A DNA stretch of 64,000 nt from Azolla caroliniana. Lineage: Eukaryota; Plantae; Polypodiophyta. A program made the position numbers and the translations under genes. Below are positions 13,834-26,700 of the stretch, one piece after another. The notes below the pieces were generated by a model that was given only the letters and a program-made list of their open reading frames with translations, was not told the DNA's origin and ran no database searches. The stretch covers positions 16,616,001 through 16,680,000 of the forward strand of contig JBHGNT010000016.1 in assembly GCA_043228905.1 (NCBI GenBank), written 5' to 3'. Numbering within the stretch: position 1 is the first letter of the stretch; every line of letters begins with the position of its first letter.

Positions 13834-16800
13834 GCTACCGTAGCTATTTCTTTGCAGCTTCAGATAGCGTTTGGCAGTCCATTTCTGCGTCGAGGTCGGA
13901 GAGCGTTGGCGAGGTTTGGTGGTGGGGAGAGTGCGAGAGAGAAAGTTCTGAGGGAGGGGGTTCACTGTGTGCGAGCTCTCTACGATTGATCTTCACGCGT
14001 CACTCTGCGTCTGTTCTCCTTGGTTCGCGATAGGAGAAGGTCTCGATGCGTGGGGCTTTTTCTCTCTGCATCTTGGCGCCTTTTTTGAGCCTCCGCATGT
14101 GCAAGTCGTGTACTATAATAGCATTGCGTGCCATGTGGGGGTGGTTTAATGTCCTATTCATAGCCCCTCGTACCCTTTTCGACGTGCCTCTTTACTCCTC
14201 GTGTGCATGGTCGTTTCCACCACTCCTTTTCATGATTTATTTGTGACAGTTTGCCGTCGTTAAGCTTTCCCCGGTTGCCAACTCGTGCTCCCCCTTACCG
14301 GCTTGGTGGTAGCTGTTTTCCTCACGGGTTGCCGTCGTGGTTGGCCTACCGGCGTCTGATTCGGGAGCAGCCCTTCTTGGGCATAGGTCCTTTGTATGGC
14401 TTTAGTCTAAATCCGTTGACCCATTTACCCTGCACTTCGCCGACAACTATCCCTAACTGGTAAGACCCATTAAACTCGCGTGTGATCCAGTACGGTTCGG
14501 TCCATCTAAACCGTAGTTTGCCTGGCATTTTACCCATCCGGGTCTGGAACACTAGTACCGGCTTGCCGATGCCAAACATTTTCTCGTTGCCCTTCCGGTG
14601 CCGATCTACAAACACTTTCCGTCGTCGTTGTTCCAATTCCAGGTGCATGATGCTCGCCAGTCGGTGTTCTTCTAGTTCACACAGAGCCTTTAACCGAATT
14701 GCCTCTGATTCCTTTTCATTGAGTCGTTCCCGAATCTGAATCCGTAAGCTTGGTACCTGGAATTCGACTGGCATGACTGCCTCTAATCCGAATGCTAACC
14801 GAAACGGTGTTGTTCGAATGCTTGTTTTGTACGTTGTCTGATAGGCCCAGAGCGCACTATGCAGCTTCGTATCCCAATCCGTCCGGTTTTCGTTGACGAT
14901 TTTCCGGAGGATATTCTGGAGTGTTTTGTTCGTCGACTCAGCTAACCCGTTTGCTTGCGGATAGTACGGTGAGCTTCGTTTATGTACTACCGCATAGAAC
15001 GTTGTCAAACATTCTACCACCTGTCCAAGAAAGTGCCCTCCTTGGTCGCTTATCAGCTCTATGGGGCATCCGTACCGGCACCAAATGCATTCGTATAAAA
15101 ATTTCGCCGTTGACGCCGTGGTGTTGTCTCGTTGGGCTTTCGCTTCCACCCACTTAGTGCAGTAATCCGTCGTGACGATTACGTACCGGTTACCGGTTCT
15201 CATTGCCGATGGTTTAAATGGCCGGACAAAATCCAGCCCCCATTTCTGGAATGGTTCTAGTGGTAGGACTGGCTGATGCGGCATCCTAGCTTGTTCCGTT
15301 GGTTGGCCCATTCGCTGGCATAGATCACACTCTTTCGCGTACCGGACTGCGTCTTTCAATGTAGTCGGCCACCATAGGCCACTTTGCCATATCTTCCTTG
15401 CCGTCGCATCCCCGACATAATGACCTCCGGCGACTCCGCAGTGTGCCTCCCGTAGTATTACCTCTTTCTCGTCGCTGCGCACCGCTCGTCGCCAGATACC
15501 ATCCGCACCTTTGTGGTATAGCGTGTCCTATAATAAACAGAAGTGTCGGCTTTGTACCACCAGGCGTTTTCTCTCGTCTCGGTTCATCTCCTCCGGAGGC
15601 AATCCAGTACTCAGAAACTGGTGCATATTAGTTAGCCACTTATCTTTCTGTGCCAACGTTTCATCTGTTGCCGTTTCCATGGTGACTCGAAAAAGCTCTG
15701 CATCCGGAAACTCGTCCGGTACCCTGTCACCCATCTCCCCGGAATCTAACCGGCTTAGATAATCTGCTACCGCATGCTGTATGTCGGGTCAGTGGAATAT
15801 CTCGAATTCGAACTCCTGCAACAGCAAGGTCCACCGGGCCAACTTACCGGTACGTGACGCTTTGGATACTAGGTAGAGGAGTGCCGAATGATCTACATGG
15901 AAGGAGAACTTTCTTCCTAATAAATAATGCCTAAATTTTGTTACACTGTAGATCATTCCTAAAGCTTCCCTTTCCGTGGTAGAATAATTTCGTTCTGCTT
16001 GGTATAGCTTCCGGCTGGCATAATACCCTGGCCGGTACCACCTTGGCTTGGTAAGCTGCATGAGCGCGCTGCCGATTGCGATGTCGGAGGTGTCCACGAA
16101 CACATGAAACTCTTTACTCCAATCCGGAGGCTGCACTACCCGTGCTTGTGACAATAATACCTTTAGTGCCCGGTATGCCTTGTCTTCGACGTCTGTCCAT
16201 TGGAATGGTGTTCGGTGTACTGCCACATGCAGAGGTGTAGCCAGGTCCGCCAAATATCAGAGCATACAGTTATGCCAACGGATTTGTCCTAAGGAACGGC
16301 TCAATTCCTTTGCCGTTGTCGGTGCCGGTGCTTCTAGGATTGCTTTCACTTTGTCCGGATCTACGGCAATGCCTTCCTTGCTCACAATATGCCCTAGTAG
16401 CGTTCCGCTGGATACTCCAAATACACACTTCACTGGATTCAGGCTTAGCCAGTACGCCCTACACTTCTCTAGACATAGTCTGAGATGCTGCAAATGATCT
16501 TCTTCTCTACTATAGACGGCGAAGTCGTCAAGGAACACCTGCATAAAGGCCGGTATGTATTCGCTAAAGATCTCCATGATGATCCGTTAGAATGTTGTTG
16601 GTGCCGTTTTCAGTCCGAACATCATCACCACGGCAACAAACACTCCCCATTCGGTGACGAAAGCCGTTTTCTCTTGATCATCAGGGTGCATCCGGATCTG
16701 ATTATACCCGCTGAATCCGTCTAAGAAACTATAGACTTCATGGCCGGCGACGGCATCCAAAACTCCATTCGTAAACAGAAGTGGAAATGCATTTGTTACC

Positions 16801-19800
16801 GTTGTCGCATTGAGCTTCCGGTAGTCAACACAAACTCTAATTTTGTCGTTCTTCTTCTGTAGGACTACGATCGGGCTCAACCATGTAGATTTCTTTACGG
16901 GATGGATGAAGCCAACCCTCAGCAATTTGTCGATCTCCTCCTTGACTTTGGCGGCGTAGTTTGGGTTCATCCGGTACCGACGCTGTGCAACCGGCTTGGC
17001 ATCTTTGCTCAGATGTATCTGGTGCTGATACAACTAAGGATCCAGGCCTCTCATATCCTCATAAGACCAGGCAAATACGTCGCGAAACTCGTTGAGGAGT
17101 GTAATTATCGCCGTTTTGTTCCCTGCATTCATTTCTTTGGCGATGTGCACCGGTTTTGCCTCCTCCGTCGTTCCTAGATTTACCTCTTCTAATTGAGACG
17201 CTTTTACGCGCTATGATACGGCCATTTCCCTTTCCAACGCCTCCTGTGCTTGCCATAACTCCCGGATTGCTTCTTTATCCGGTTCCATCCGGTTGCAGTA
17301 AGTAGGGTGATACCGCTTCGGCGATGTCAATTTCGAATAGGGGTACAATCTTCGGGTTCTCCAGCAAGTACTGATCTTCTTCTTCGTCTCCTAATTCTTC
17401 CAGCATATTGACGCACTCTGCATATAACGGTGTCAGATCCTTGCCGGTGCCCTTCCTTGGTTGTGTTGGTACCCGTACCTTCGCTTTTTCCCGCCAGAAC
17501 ATAATCATATTCCTCCTCCAGTTCTGCTTGATGTGTGCCGTCTTTAACCAAGGGCATCCCAATAATAATGGGTACGCTCCTTGAGCCTGCAACTTGAGAA
17601 CTACGGCTGAGATTTGGAATGTGTGGCCCCCGATGGTTACTTCTAAGTCCCGTATTAATCCTGTTGGTCGCACCGAGCTTGTGTCCGCCATTCGGAGTCA
17701 GAACGGACATGGCTCCCACTCTTGGATTCCAAGAGCATCGCACGTCCGGAGGCTGATTACATTAACGCCGGAGCCTCCGTCTATTATCGTGCCAAGGAGT
17801 TCTTTCCCTTTCACAATGGCCGTAATTGCTAGACTGTTGGTGTCCACCACCGCCGGTCCCTCCTCCGGATTTGAGAAGAATGTTGGAGCCGGTGGTGTTC
17901 CGCCTGTCGACATGCCAAACTTGAGTCCTTCTGTGAATCTTGGTACTAGCTGCAAGAGTCGTCCTAATGGTAGCACGATCTGGCATTCCTGCAATACCTG
18001 CCATGTCACGTTTTCGGACTGACTGCCATCGGCGAGCTCTTCGGTGTTCTCCTTTTGCTGCGCAAGTTCTGCTACGTTTCGCTCATTTGCCTTTTTCACC
18101 TATTCCGTTGCCTGTTTCCGGATGGCCTCTTGTGTCTCCCATTCCGTCGTCTTGCCCTTCGACCTTGTGGTGACCTGCTGTAGGTCTACGATTTCAGCGA
18201 CTACCATGTTTACTGCCGATCGCTTATCATAGCTCTTTGCCGGACATTGATTACTGTAATGTCCTTCTTTCCGGCAATAATAGCAATATGCTTTCCAGGT
18301 ATTGCTGGATTCGGCATTGTTTCCTGGACATGGTGGAGGGCCTGTGGTAACCGCGGGGCTCTGGTCCGGTTGGCTGCTTGAGGCGCCTTTTTCCGGTTCA
18401 CGTGGGTGGCTCCCGTTTTTGAAATGTTGTTTTTTATTAAAGTTCTTTTTGTTACGGTACCATTGCCGGGGTTGGTCGTCATACCTCCCGTAATCTTCCC
18501 GTCGTTGGTGATAACCGGGGGAGTGATCCCGGTTGTGATGCTCGTACTGTCCATTGTAATCTCGGTACTTGTCATATCTCTTGTACCGGTCATAGTTGTC
18601 TCACCGATTGTCGTACCGGACATCCTGTGCCGGTCGATATCACTCCTCTCGCCGCCAGCGTTCGTCTTCTTCGTCTCAGCTGCTACGTGGCTCAATTTGC
18701 CGGACTGGTGGTGCTTGCTGATTCAATAAGTTATATTCACACCGGTCCATCGTGTGGCTCGTAGATTGGCAGAGTAAGCAGTGCGTCCGCATGGTGCACT
18801 CCAGTGACGAGTGTTCGGAATTCAAGCAAGTTGAACATTGGTTTGCTTGCCGGAAACGGAGATCCTCATCGGTTGGTAATGCTCGTTGGAGGGCTCCCAT
18901 TGTTAGCCAAGAGCTCGTTTTCTCCATTTCTCTAACCCGGTCGATGACCTAGTCGACAGTGCTTGTGTGAAAGTCGATGACCATGCATACCGTTCGTAGA
19001 GGTTCCCGGAGCGCGGCTAAAAATATAGCCCACGTTTCTTCCTCCGGAGGTGCGCGGGTAAGCTGATTGTGCATCCGTTGAAACCGGATGACAAACTGCG
19101 GGATGCTCTCCCCGGGGTCCTGCCGAATGGTATAAAATAAGCCCACCATTTCTCGCTGGTCCACCTCCTTTTGGAAGAAGTGCAAGAATTTGTCTTTCAG
19201 GTCCGCAAAGGTGGTGATGGTGCTGCGATCCTGCGTCCGGTGCCATCGTTCCTCTTCTACCATGGTTAACCGTTGTCACACATGGTTTGCCTCCCATGTT
19301 TGCCTCCCATCATCCCTATACTTGGAGTACTGGAACGGCATGTCGTCGTCCGGTGTCGGTACCTAGGCTGGTGGTGTCGGTGGTCTTTCCTGTTGTTCCG
19401 TCGACGTCGGAGGTCTTTGCCGGTCTTTTTCCGTCTCCAGAGGTTGCTCCACGTCTAGTGCCGGAGGTTCCTGGTCTGCCAACTCTGGTTCCGTTGTCAG
19501 TGAGGTATCTGACTCCTCGTCCTCCAGTCCTCCTGGGGTGTCATTACTACTGCGATAATTTGTGTGCGCGCTGTAACCCCCTTCTGAATCCGATTCCAGC
19601 GCTGAAAATGCTTCGGATTCGCCATTTCTTCCGGCTAAGGCCTGGAGAAGGGTTTCCGCTTCCCGGAGGCTGCCTAAGTTGCTTCCTTCGTCCGGGTAGG
19701 CGTTTTGTTGCAGACGAAGCGACTCCTCCGCCAGTTTCCGGATCACTCTGGAAAATAATCGATCCGTTCAGATTTCTTCCACTGCTTGCTGGAAAGCTCT

Positions 19801-20384
19801 CGCCGCCTTCTCCGTTCAGCAAGTCTTCGTGCCCTCTCCGTAATCGGGTCGTCTATTGGCCTAGTCGTCCATTCCTGCCGCTGTTCACTACGATTATGCA
19901 GGAATCGTGGTCGCCAAAAACTGTGTTAATCCTAGGGGGCTGGACAATAGCCAAACACAGGGTGTCCACTTAAGACACTTCTCCAAAGGGTGGTACGGCA
20001 AAATGACTTACGGCACAACGCTTAATTAGACCTTAATTGGTTACTTAGCAATCCATAATTAACACGCGTAAGATATAACAATGACTACAGAACGGTAATC
20101 AACACTGAGAGGTTAAGACAATAAGCTCTATTAATTATTTGCTTCTGATTACATGATAATCGGGCCTTTATATAGGTCTCCGGTGCGAAATACAAAACGG
20201 TGCCAACCGGCACCTTTACGGGATCGGTCCGGATCCAGATCGGCATACCGATTCCGGTCCGTCCGTCCACATCTTCTCATATATTAATATCTCTATTAAG
20301 ATTACTAATTACAACAGTTCCCGAATAAACTATTCCTTTTCACACTTTGATTTGGACCTCAAGCCTTCTTGTCAGCCGGTAACA
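13834..20384 (-). mobile_element. Degenerate non-chromoviral Ty3/gypsy (Athila-like order, no extra RNase H seen), 5' LTR ~19922-20384
   Basis: PBS TGGCGACCACGA at 19916-19905. Gag with CCHC knuckles, protease IIDGGS, RT (LDGFSGY, VFLDD), RNase H (VFVDTSD), integrase (HCGVAGGH..CDLC, WGLDF, SDQG). Confidence 0.9.
14346..19746 (-). pseudogene. gag-pol remnant of the minus-strand gypsy element
   Basis: Chain of ORF fragments from 19746-19363 to 15482-14346 in gag-PR-RT-RH-IN order, broken by stops and frameshifts. Confidence 0.9.
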
Positions 20385-23300
20385 CCGTGTATAGTCGTCG
20401 ATGAAGGAGACGAAATATCGACTCCCGCCAAGACTAACATTTTGTGCAGGCCCCCATACATCGGAGTGTATCAAGTCGAGCTTGTTCCGGCTCCAGTTAC
20501 ACTCGTCTGGGAAAGGAAGTTGGTGTTGCTTCCCTAGCTGGCAGGCTTCACAAATTTTTGCCTTCCGGCCACTAAATTTGGGCAATCCGAACACCACTTG
20601 TTTCGATTGCAGGTCCTAAAGCCGTTGATAGTTGACGTGGCCTATCTGCTTGTGCCATAAGTCGATATCCGACTCGACTTTTTGTCCTTTCGTGAACATT
20701 GCGGTGCCACCATCACTAGAGTCGAGGATAAACATCCTCTCGTCTCTACGCCCTTGCGCGATAACTCGGCCTTCTTCCTCGATGAAGTACCCGAGATGCG
20801 TAAACCGAACTTGCATCCCTTGGTCGACAATCTGTCCGACCAACACCAGGTTCTTCGTGATTATTGGAACATGTAACATGTTCATGAGTTTCCCTTTTTG
20901 CCCAACATGGCTTAGGGGAACTTCACCGACATTCGTGATTGGATGCGGAGTGTCATCTCCGGTTGCCACTACTCCCGGCTGCATCGGTTTTTCTAGGTAC
21001 GAGAACCACTCCTTGTGGCACGTCATGCGGTTTGACACGCCAGAGTTGACGTGCCACACCTCGTCCGACTTCGGGATGATCTTCTTCATCGATTTTGCTT
21101 CGTGTCTCGTCACGAAGACTGACCCTTTTCCGGTGTCGTGAAAATCCGCCAATAACCGTGGATCGTGAGGCGGAACTATCGGGGTTCTAGACGGGAAGGA
21201 TTTAGGGTTTCACACTTAATGTATTTTAGGCGTAAAGAGGAGTGATTTCCCTCTAATAAGAGTAAATTGGTAGTATAAGAGATCGAATAATAGTTAATTA
21301 CATTTATGCATAAGCAAATCTTCGAGTAGGAGATTATGTGAGATTGAATAATACCTAATAATGCTAATAAGTAAGAAAAGCTTAGATTACGGGAGTATGA
21401 ATGACACTTAATTATCTTTATACATAAGCAATGTTTAAAATAAGAGAGCATAAGAGAAGAAATATGGAAAGTTTTTATTACTAAATCATCAATATAATGG
21501 ACTTGTTTTGATACATGATTTATTTGTTTTTCTATCTCCCCTTTTGGGGTATAAGAGTATGAGAGAGGAAATATAAATCTTTTCTTATTCAATCCCCGTC
21601 TCCTTCTTCTTCTTAAAATAAGCTCTTATTTATAGGTTTACTATGGTTTGCTTTATTTTTCTCCTAAAAAAAAGCTTGTCTATATGAGTTGCGTTTTATT
21701 TCTATCACTATTTTAGTTTTGTAAGTCCAAATTAGACATGCAAGCTACTTTTGGAAAGCCCTTTGAGTTATCTTTCTTATGAATATTTTCTTGTCTAATT
21801 TGGACACCGGATTAGGAAATTATGAGCTTTTTTTCTCTACCTTGCTCCTCAATTCCACGCCTTGCGTTTTTTTTGCGTTATTATTATTTTATTTTTTTTA
21901 CTTTTTCTATTTTTTTCTACTTTTGAAAATTCGCTTCTACCTTCTTATCTTTTCATCATTTATTACAAAAGTTGACTTTACAATATTAGTTTATTTCAAC
22001 TACTACTTTATTCTTTTTTGGTGGTGGTTTCACACTATGTATTGAAAACATCACGACACCGGCTTTTCCGGATCCTTCGGCGTAGTGCGATCACTGCCGA
22101 TCTCCTTTGTCGGTATATCCGGAACCTGATCCGGACCCGGTTCTCTCCGAATTGGCACGCTTTTTCTAGCACTCGCTCTCCCTATGGCCTTTCTTGCCAT
22201 AGTACCAACATTCCGCAGCGGAATTCCCTTGCCTGTTCTCATCGCCTCGACTCCCCCTGTTTCCGAAGGGTCCAGAGTTGATGTTGGCATCACTTCGGTA
22301 CCTTCTTTCTTGATCCCGTCAGCTGCCTCCATTGCGCACCGACTCGCCTCGTCCGCCCCAACCACAAGGTCTATCTCCCTCCGTGTGTAGCATCTTGTTG
22401 TCGGCATGCGTGCTTGTCAACGCACCCGCATGATTCTCTTCTACAAGGAGCATCGATTGTAGGTCGAAAAACGACGGCGTATTCTCCCGTGTACACACAG
22501 CCGTTCGGAACGCTCCGAACTTCGACGCCAGTCCCCCGAGACAGATCTGCACCATCTCGCCTTCCTCAATGTCCACATCGATAGAGGCTAGGGAGTCGCA
22601 TCTCTATGATCTTCGAGGTGTAATCAGCCACCAACAAGTCGCGTTGTCGTAGGTTGCTCAACTCCTGTCGGAGTTGAAGCTTCCTGGCTATAGTGCTTGC
22701 GGCGAAAATCTTCTTCAGATTTCCCCAAGCATCTTTCAGCGTTTTTGCATCCCGAATGTAGCTTAGGAGTTGTTCACCCACACAAGACGTGAAGCAGTGC
22801 AGTACTCTGCTCGCCTACTATTCCCACGCCGGGAAATCTCTATGTGGCTATTCAGGTGCTATGTCATTTGCTCCGTCGACATAGCTCCAGTAACCGTGCC
22901 CGAGCAGGTACGAGTGCATCTTGTAGGACTAAGACGCGTAGTTGTTTCTGTCGAGCTTCTCGGTAGGAAGTGAGCTAGTCATGCCTTTATCCATTTTGCC
23001 GTTTTTTTTCTCTGTTCTTCTTGGTTGGTTTTCTTTTCAAGCTATGTCGGTTGCTCTGATACCATGAAAAGAATAGTGTGCGGAAGCAAGTAGAAAACCG
23101 AACACAGAAAATACGCAGGTTTAATGGAGAGCTTGAATATACACAGTACATGAGAGAGACAGAGAGAGAGTGATAGAAGACACGAGACTCTATTCAAAAA
23201 TAATACTCAGTCTGTACATACACCATGCTCAGTGAGCACCTTTTATACAAGCCCTGACAATCGGGCTGACACAAGTACTGGCAGTACTTGAATGCTCATA

Positions 23301-23522
23301 AATGAGCCTACTAGACTAACTCCCAAAATTATTCCTTACGAGGAATATCTTCCCAACGGCCTCACGGTTTACGCACCGCTACGACCTCTCGTTGCGAACT
23401 GGTTTGCATAATAGTTTATGCACCCGGTTTACGCACCGGTCCGGCCTAACCGATCGGTGCCAACCGATCCGGTTCTCGGCTTGCACAGTCGATCCGACCA
23501 ATGTTGAGCTTGTATCTCAACA
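20385..23522 (-). mobile_element. 5' half of a Ty1/copia: LTR 23065-23522, Met PBS, gag, protease, start of integrase
   Basis: PBS TGGTATCAGAGC at 23064-23053, gag MDKGM at 22994, degenerate protease WHVNSG, LWHKQIGH..CEAC, LIHSDVWGP, FIDDYTR cut by the gypsy LTR. Confidence 0.9.
21134..22058 (-). mobile_element. AT-rich solo LTR, 925 bp, with 4-bp TSD CCGG
   Basis: Termini TGTCGTGA...TCACGACA with CCGG on both sides. Removing it restores the host frame GSGKAGKGSVF. Orientation is taken from a minus-strand TATAAATA near 21630. Confidence 0.8.
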
Positions 23523-23620
23523 CTTTCATCGAGAACTCGATGCACTGCATTGAGATCTCGTTGAAAGAGGTGTCCCTTTCAATGGGACTCGATGCACTAT
23601 GTCGAGTTCCTGTTGAAAGG
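23523..23620. repeat. Two tandem ~53-bp imperfect palindromes
   Basis: CTTTCA..G..ACTCGATGCACT...T.GAG.....TTGAAAG occurs twice and each unit is self-complementary. Confidence 0.7.
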
Positions 23621-23705
23621 GAGACTCTTGATTGGGCAACATGCTGTTAGATGGATGGAGATTTATTTCTCGAAGCAATGTGATGTAATACCCACCACTA
23701 GAAGG

Positions 23706-26700
23706 TATTGAGTGGCAAGCTCAACCAGATCCAGATCGGCATCCAGAAGGATGAGCTGGATCGGTGAGCCGGTGAGCAAGCGAGCCGGTGAGCTGGGGAG
23801 CCAGTTAGCCAGATCCAGCAATAACTGGAAGCCTAGTAATAGCTTAGATTATTAGCTAGTTAATAGTCTCGTAATTAGTGTCAGACGCTCGTGTCAGCAT
23901 TGAAGTATGTTGTATTTCTATCAATCCTCTACGGACTTGTATAAATAGTGTTGTTGAGCACATTTCATGTACAGAGAATTATTATTGTTTTGGAATAGAT
24001 TTAAAACCTTTTGCTCTGTCACTCTCTCTGTCTCTCCCGCGTACACTTTGTGTTAATCTCTCTCTCTCTCTCTCTATTGCTATCTGACAAGGCCGGTTTG
24101 TCTAACGCTTCTGCACATAAACGTTAACATGGTATCAGAGCGCGAGGGTTGAAAACCTCTACAACCGACATTTGCTTTCACAAGACAAACCCTACAGGTT
24201 GTGAGAACATAACAGTAGACAGAGAAAAGGAAAAATATGGACAAAGGTATGGCGAGTTCACTTCCTACAAAGAAGCTCGACCGGAGCAACTACGCGTCCT
24301 GGTCATACAAAATGCACCAATACCTACTGGGGCATGGGTATTGGAGTTTCGTGGAAGGAACGAATGAGGTAGCACCAGAGACTGGACACAAGGACTTCCT
24401 AGTATGGGAGCAAGGAACGAGCCGAGTATTATACTGCCTCGCGTCCTGTGTGCACAACCAGATGCTCGGTTACATCAGAGATGCAAAGACACCAAAGGAG
24501 GCTTGGGAAAATCTACGTAAGATTTTCGCCGCAAGTACCACAACCTGTAAGTTGCAGCTTCGGCAAGAGCTGAACAACATCCAACAAAGAGATATGTCGT
24601 GTGATGCACTTGGGTCCATCAAGTGATGGTGGACGAAGAAGAAATGGTACAAATCTTCCTTGGTGGTCTAGCGCAAAGGTACGGACCAATCCGGACAGCG
24701 ATTTGCACCCGGAAGAAACCACTGACCTTCTTCGACTTGCAGTCAATGCTGATGGTCGAAGAAATCCACGCGATTGGGTCCAGGACCACTCAATCAAACA
24801 ACCGGATGTTGTACACAGAGGCGGATAGGCCCCGTGGGCATGGAGGACAAGGTGGGTCGGCACGCACTGGAGGCGGCCGGCAAGAGCAGGAAAGAAGGCA
24901 CAGAGAACGCACCGACAGTAGTTCCGGAACATCCACAAGCAGGGGGAGTCAAGGTGGCGCCAGAGGCCGGCAAGATAAATCCGCCACGGAATGCTTGTAC
25001 TGTGGCAAAAAGGGCCACAGAGAAAGCGTGTACCAGATGAGAAGCGTAGGAAGTTGGATGCAAAGTCGGAGAAATGCATCCTCGTCGGCTACTCACATGA
25101 GCAAAAGGGGTATAAGTGTTATAACCCCAGATGATGCAGGTCCGAGTTAGCCGCGATGTCGAGTTCGATGAAACGGCTTCATGGTATTCCTTACCAACTC
25201 CAACTTCCAACCCCAACCCAATGCCGGAGGATGAGGCTAGTGAGCCTATACCGGCCCAAGTAGAAGATGATGAATCCGGGACTCAAGAAGAGAGTCCAGA
25301 ATCGTTTCGGTTGAGTGGGCCGAACGAGAGACTGGGTCAATCCGACCAGTCCAATGAGGATCCGGCGAGTAGTGAAGACTCTGTCATGCTCTCCCTACGC
25401 AAGGAACCGAGGAAACGGTTCACGCGCAAAGAGAAGGGGAAGAAGAAGCTGCTGGAATACGAAACCGGCAATGTTGAGTCGGATCGGAGCGAATCCAACT
25501 CCGGTATGGAAGAAGGCGGATCTTCGGGAACGAAGTTTGAACTAGCCAAGAAGGGCCTCAAACCGGGTAACGGTGGATTACACCGGTCTTCCCGCCAAAA
25601 GAACCCCGTGAAGCAGTATGGGTACAATGAGTACATGGCGCATCACTATGCGTACATAACCAAGGTAGTAGAATTGCGTGAGCCGGAGAGCTATGCGGAA
25701 GCAGCAAAGGACGCAAATTGGCGTGCCGCTATGAAAGAAGAAATGCGGGCACTCGATGCCAACGACACATGGGACGTAGTCGACCCTCCCCGACACTATA
25801 AACCGACCGGATGTAAGTGGGTGTACAAGGTAAAGTAAAATGCTAATGGTTCGGTTAACCGGTACAAGGCCCGGTTAGTGGCGAAGGGATACTTGCAGAC
25901 CCACGAAATTTACTACAACGAGACCTTCGTTTCGGTAGCAAAAATGACGACGGTTCCTGTGGTACTAGCGGTTGTTGCGGCAAGGGGGTGGCATCTTCAC
26001 CAAATGGACGTGAAGAATGCATTTCTTCAAGGTGATCTTGAAGAAGAGGTCTTTATGACCCAACCGCCCGGTTTCCAGACGGAGATGAACAAGTCGGCGG
26101 TATGCCGACTGAAGAAGTCACTTTATGGCCTGAAGCAAGCCCCCCGAGCTTGGAATGCGAAGATCATGCACCGGTTGCGTAAGATGGGGTTTGCTGCCTC
26201 CAACTCTGACTCTTCGTTGTTCATTCGGTAAGGTCCAAACAATCCAGTTTGCATCTTGTTGTACACTGATGATCTAGTCATCACCGGACCCAGACTCGAT
26301 GAAATCAGCCGAGTCAAGTCCCAGCTGTTGGATGCATTTGAGATGAAGAACCTGGGGGCCCTTCACTATTTCCTTGGGATCGAGGTGATCGAGGTGATCC
26401 TTGTATTGAATATGTTGTACAAGTTCGGCATGACGGAATGCCGACCGATCTCCACACCCCTAGACCGGAACCAGAAGCTCTGTCCTGACTCCGGACCGGC
26501 CTGTGATGAGAAACGGTTTTGACAAATGGTCGGAAGCCTTATATACTTGACCATCACCTGACCCGACATCAACTATCCGGTCGGCGTGATCAACCAATAT
26601 ATACAGCAACCGACTGTGGAGCACCTTCTGTGCGCGCATCGAATTTTGCGATATGTGAACAGCACGGAGGAACTGGGACTGTTATACCAGCATGGTATAA

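Noticed and set aside
19287-19973. 228-aa plus-strand ORF and other antisense ORFs over gag-pol regions
   Set aside because: Shadow frames of GC-rich retrotransposon coding sequence with no independent motifs.
10784-20384. One intact gypsy element bounded by LTRs at 10784-11254 and 19922-20384
   Set aside because: The two LTRs are unrelated and the flanks (CGCGT, CCGTG) do not match.
21176-22045. ORFs 21176-21592 and 21779-22045
   Set aside because: Compositionally biased frames within an AT-rich solo LTR.
10247-23522. One copia element with LTRs 10247-10657 and 23065-23522
   Set aside because: The LTRs are only distantly related and the flanks (GTAAA, CTTTC) differ.
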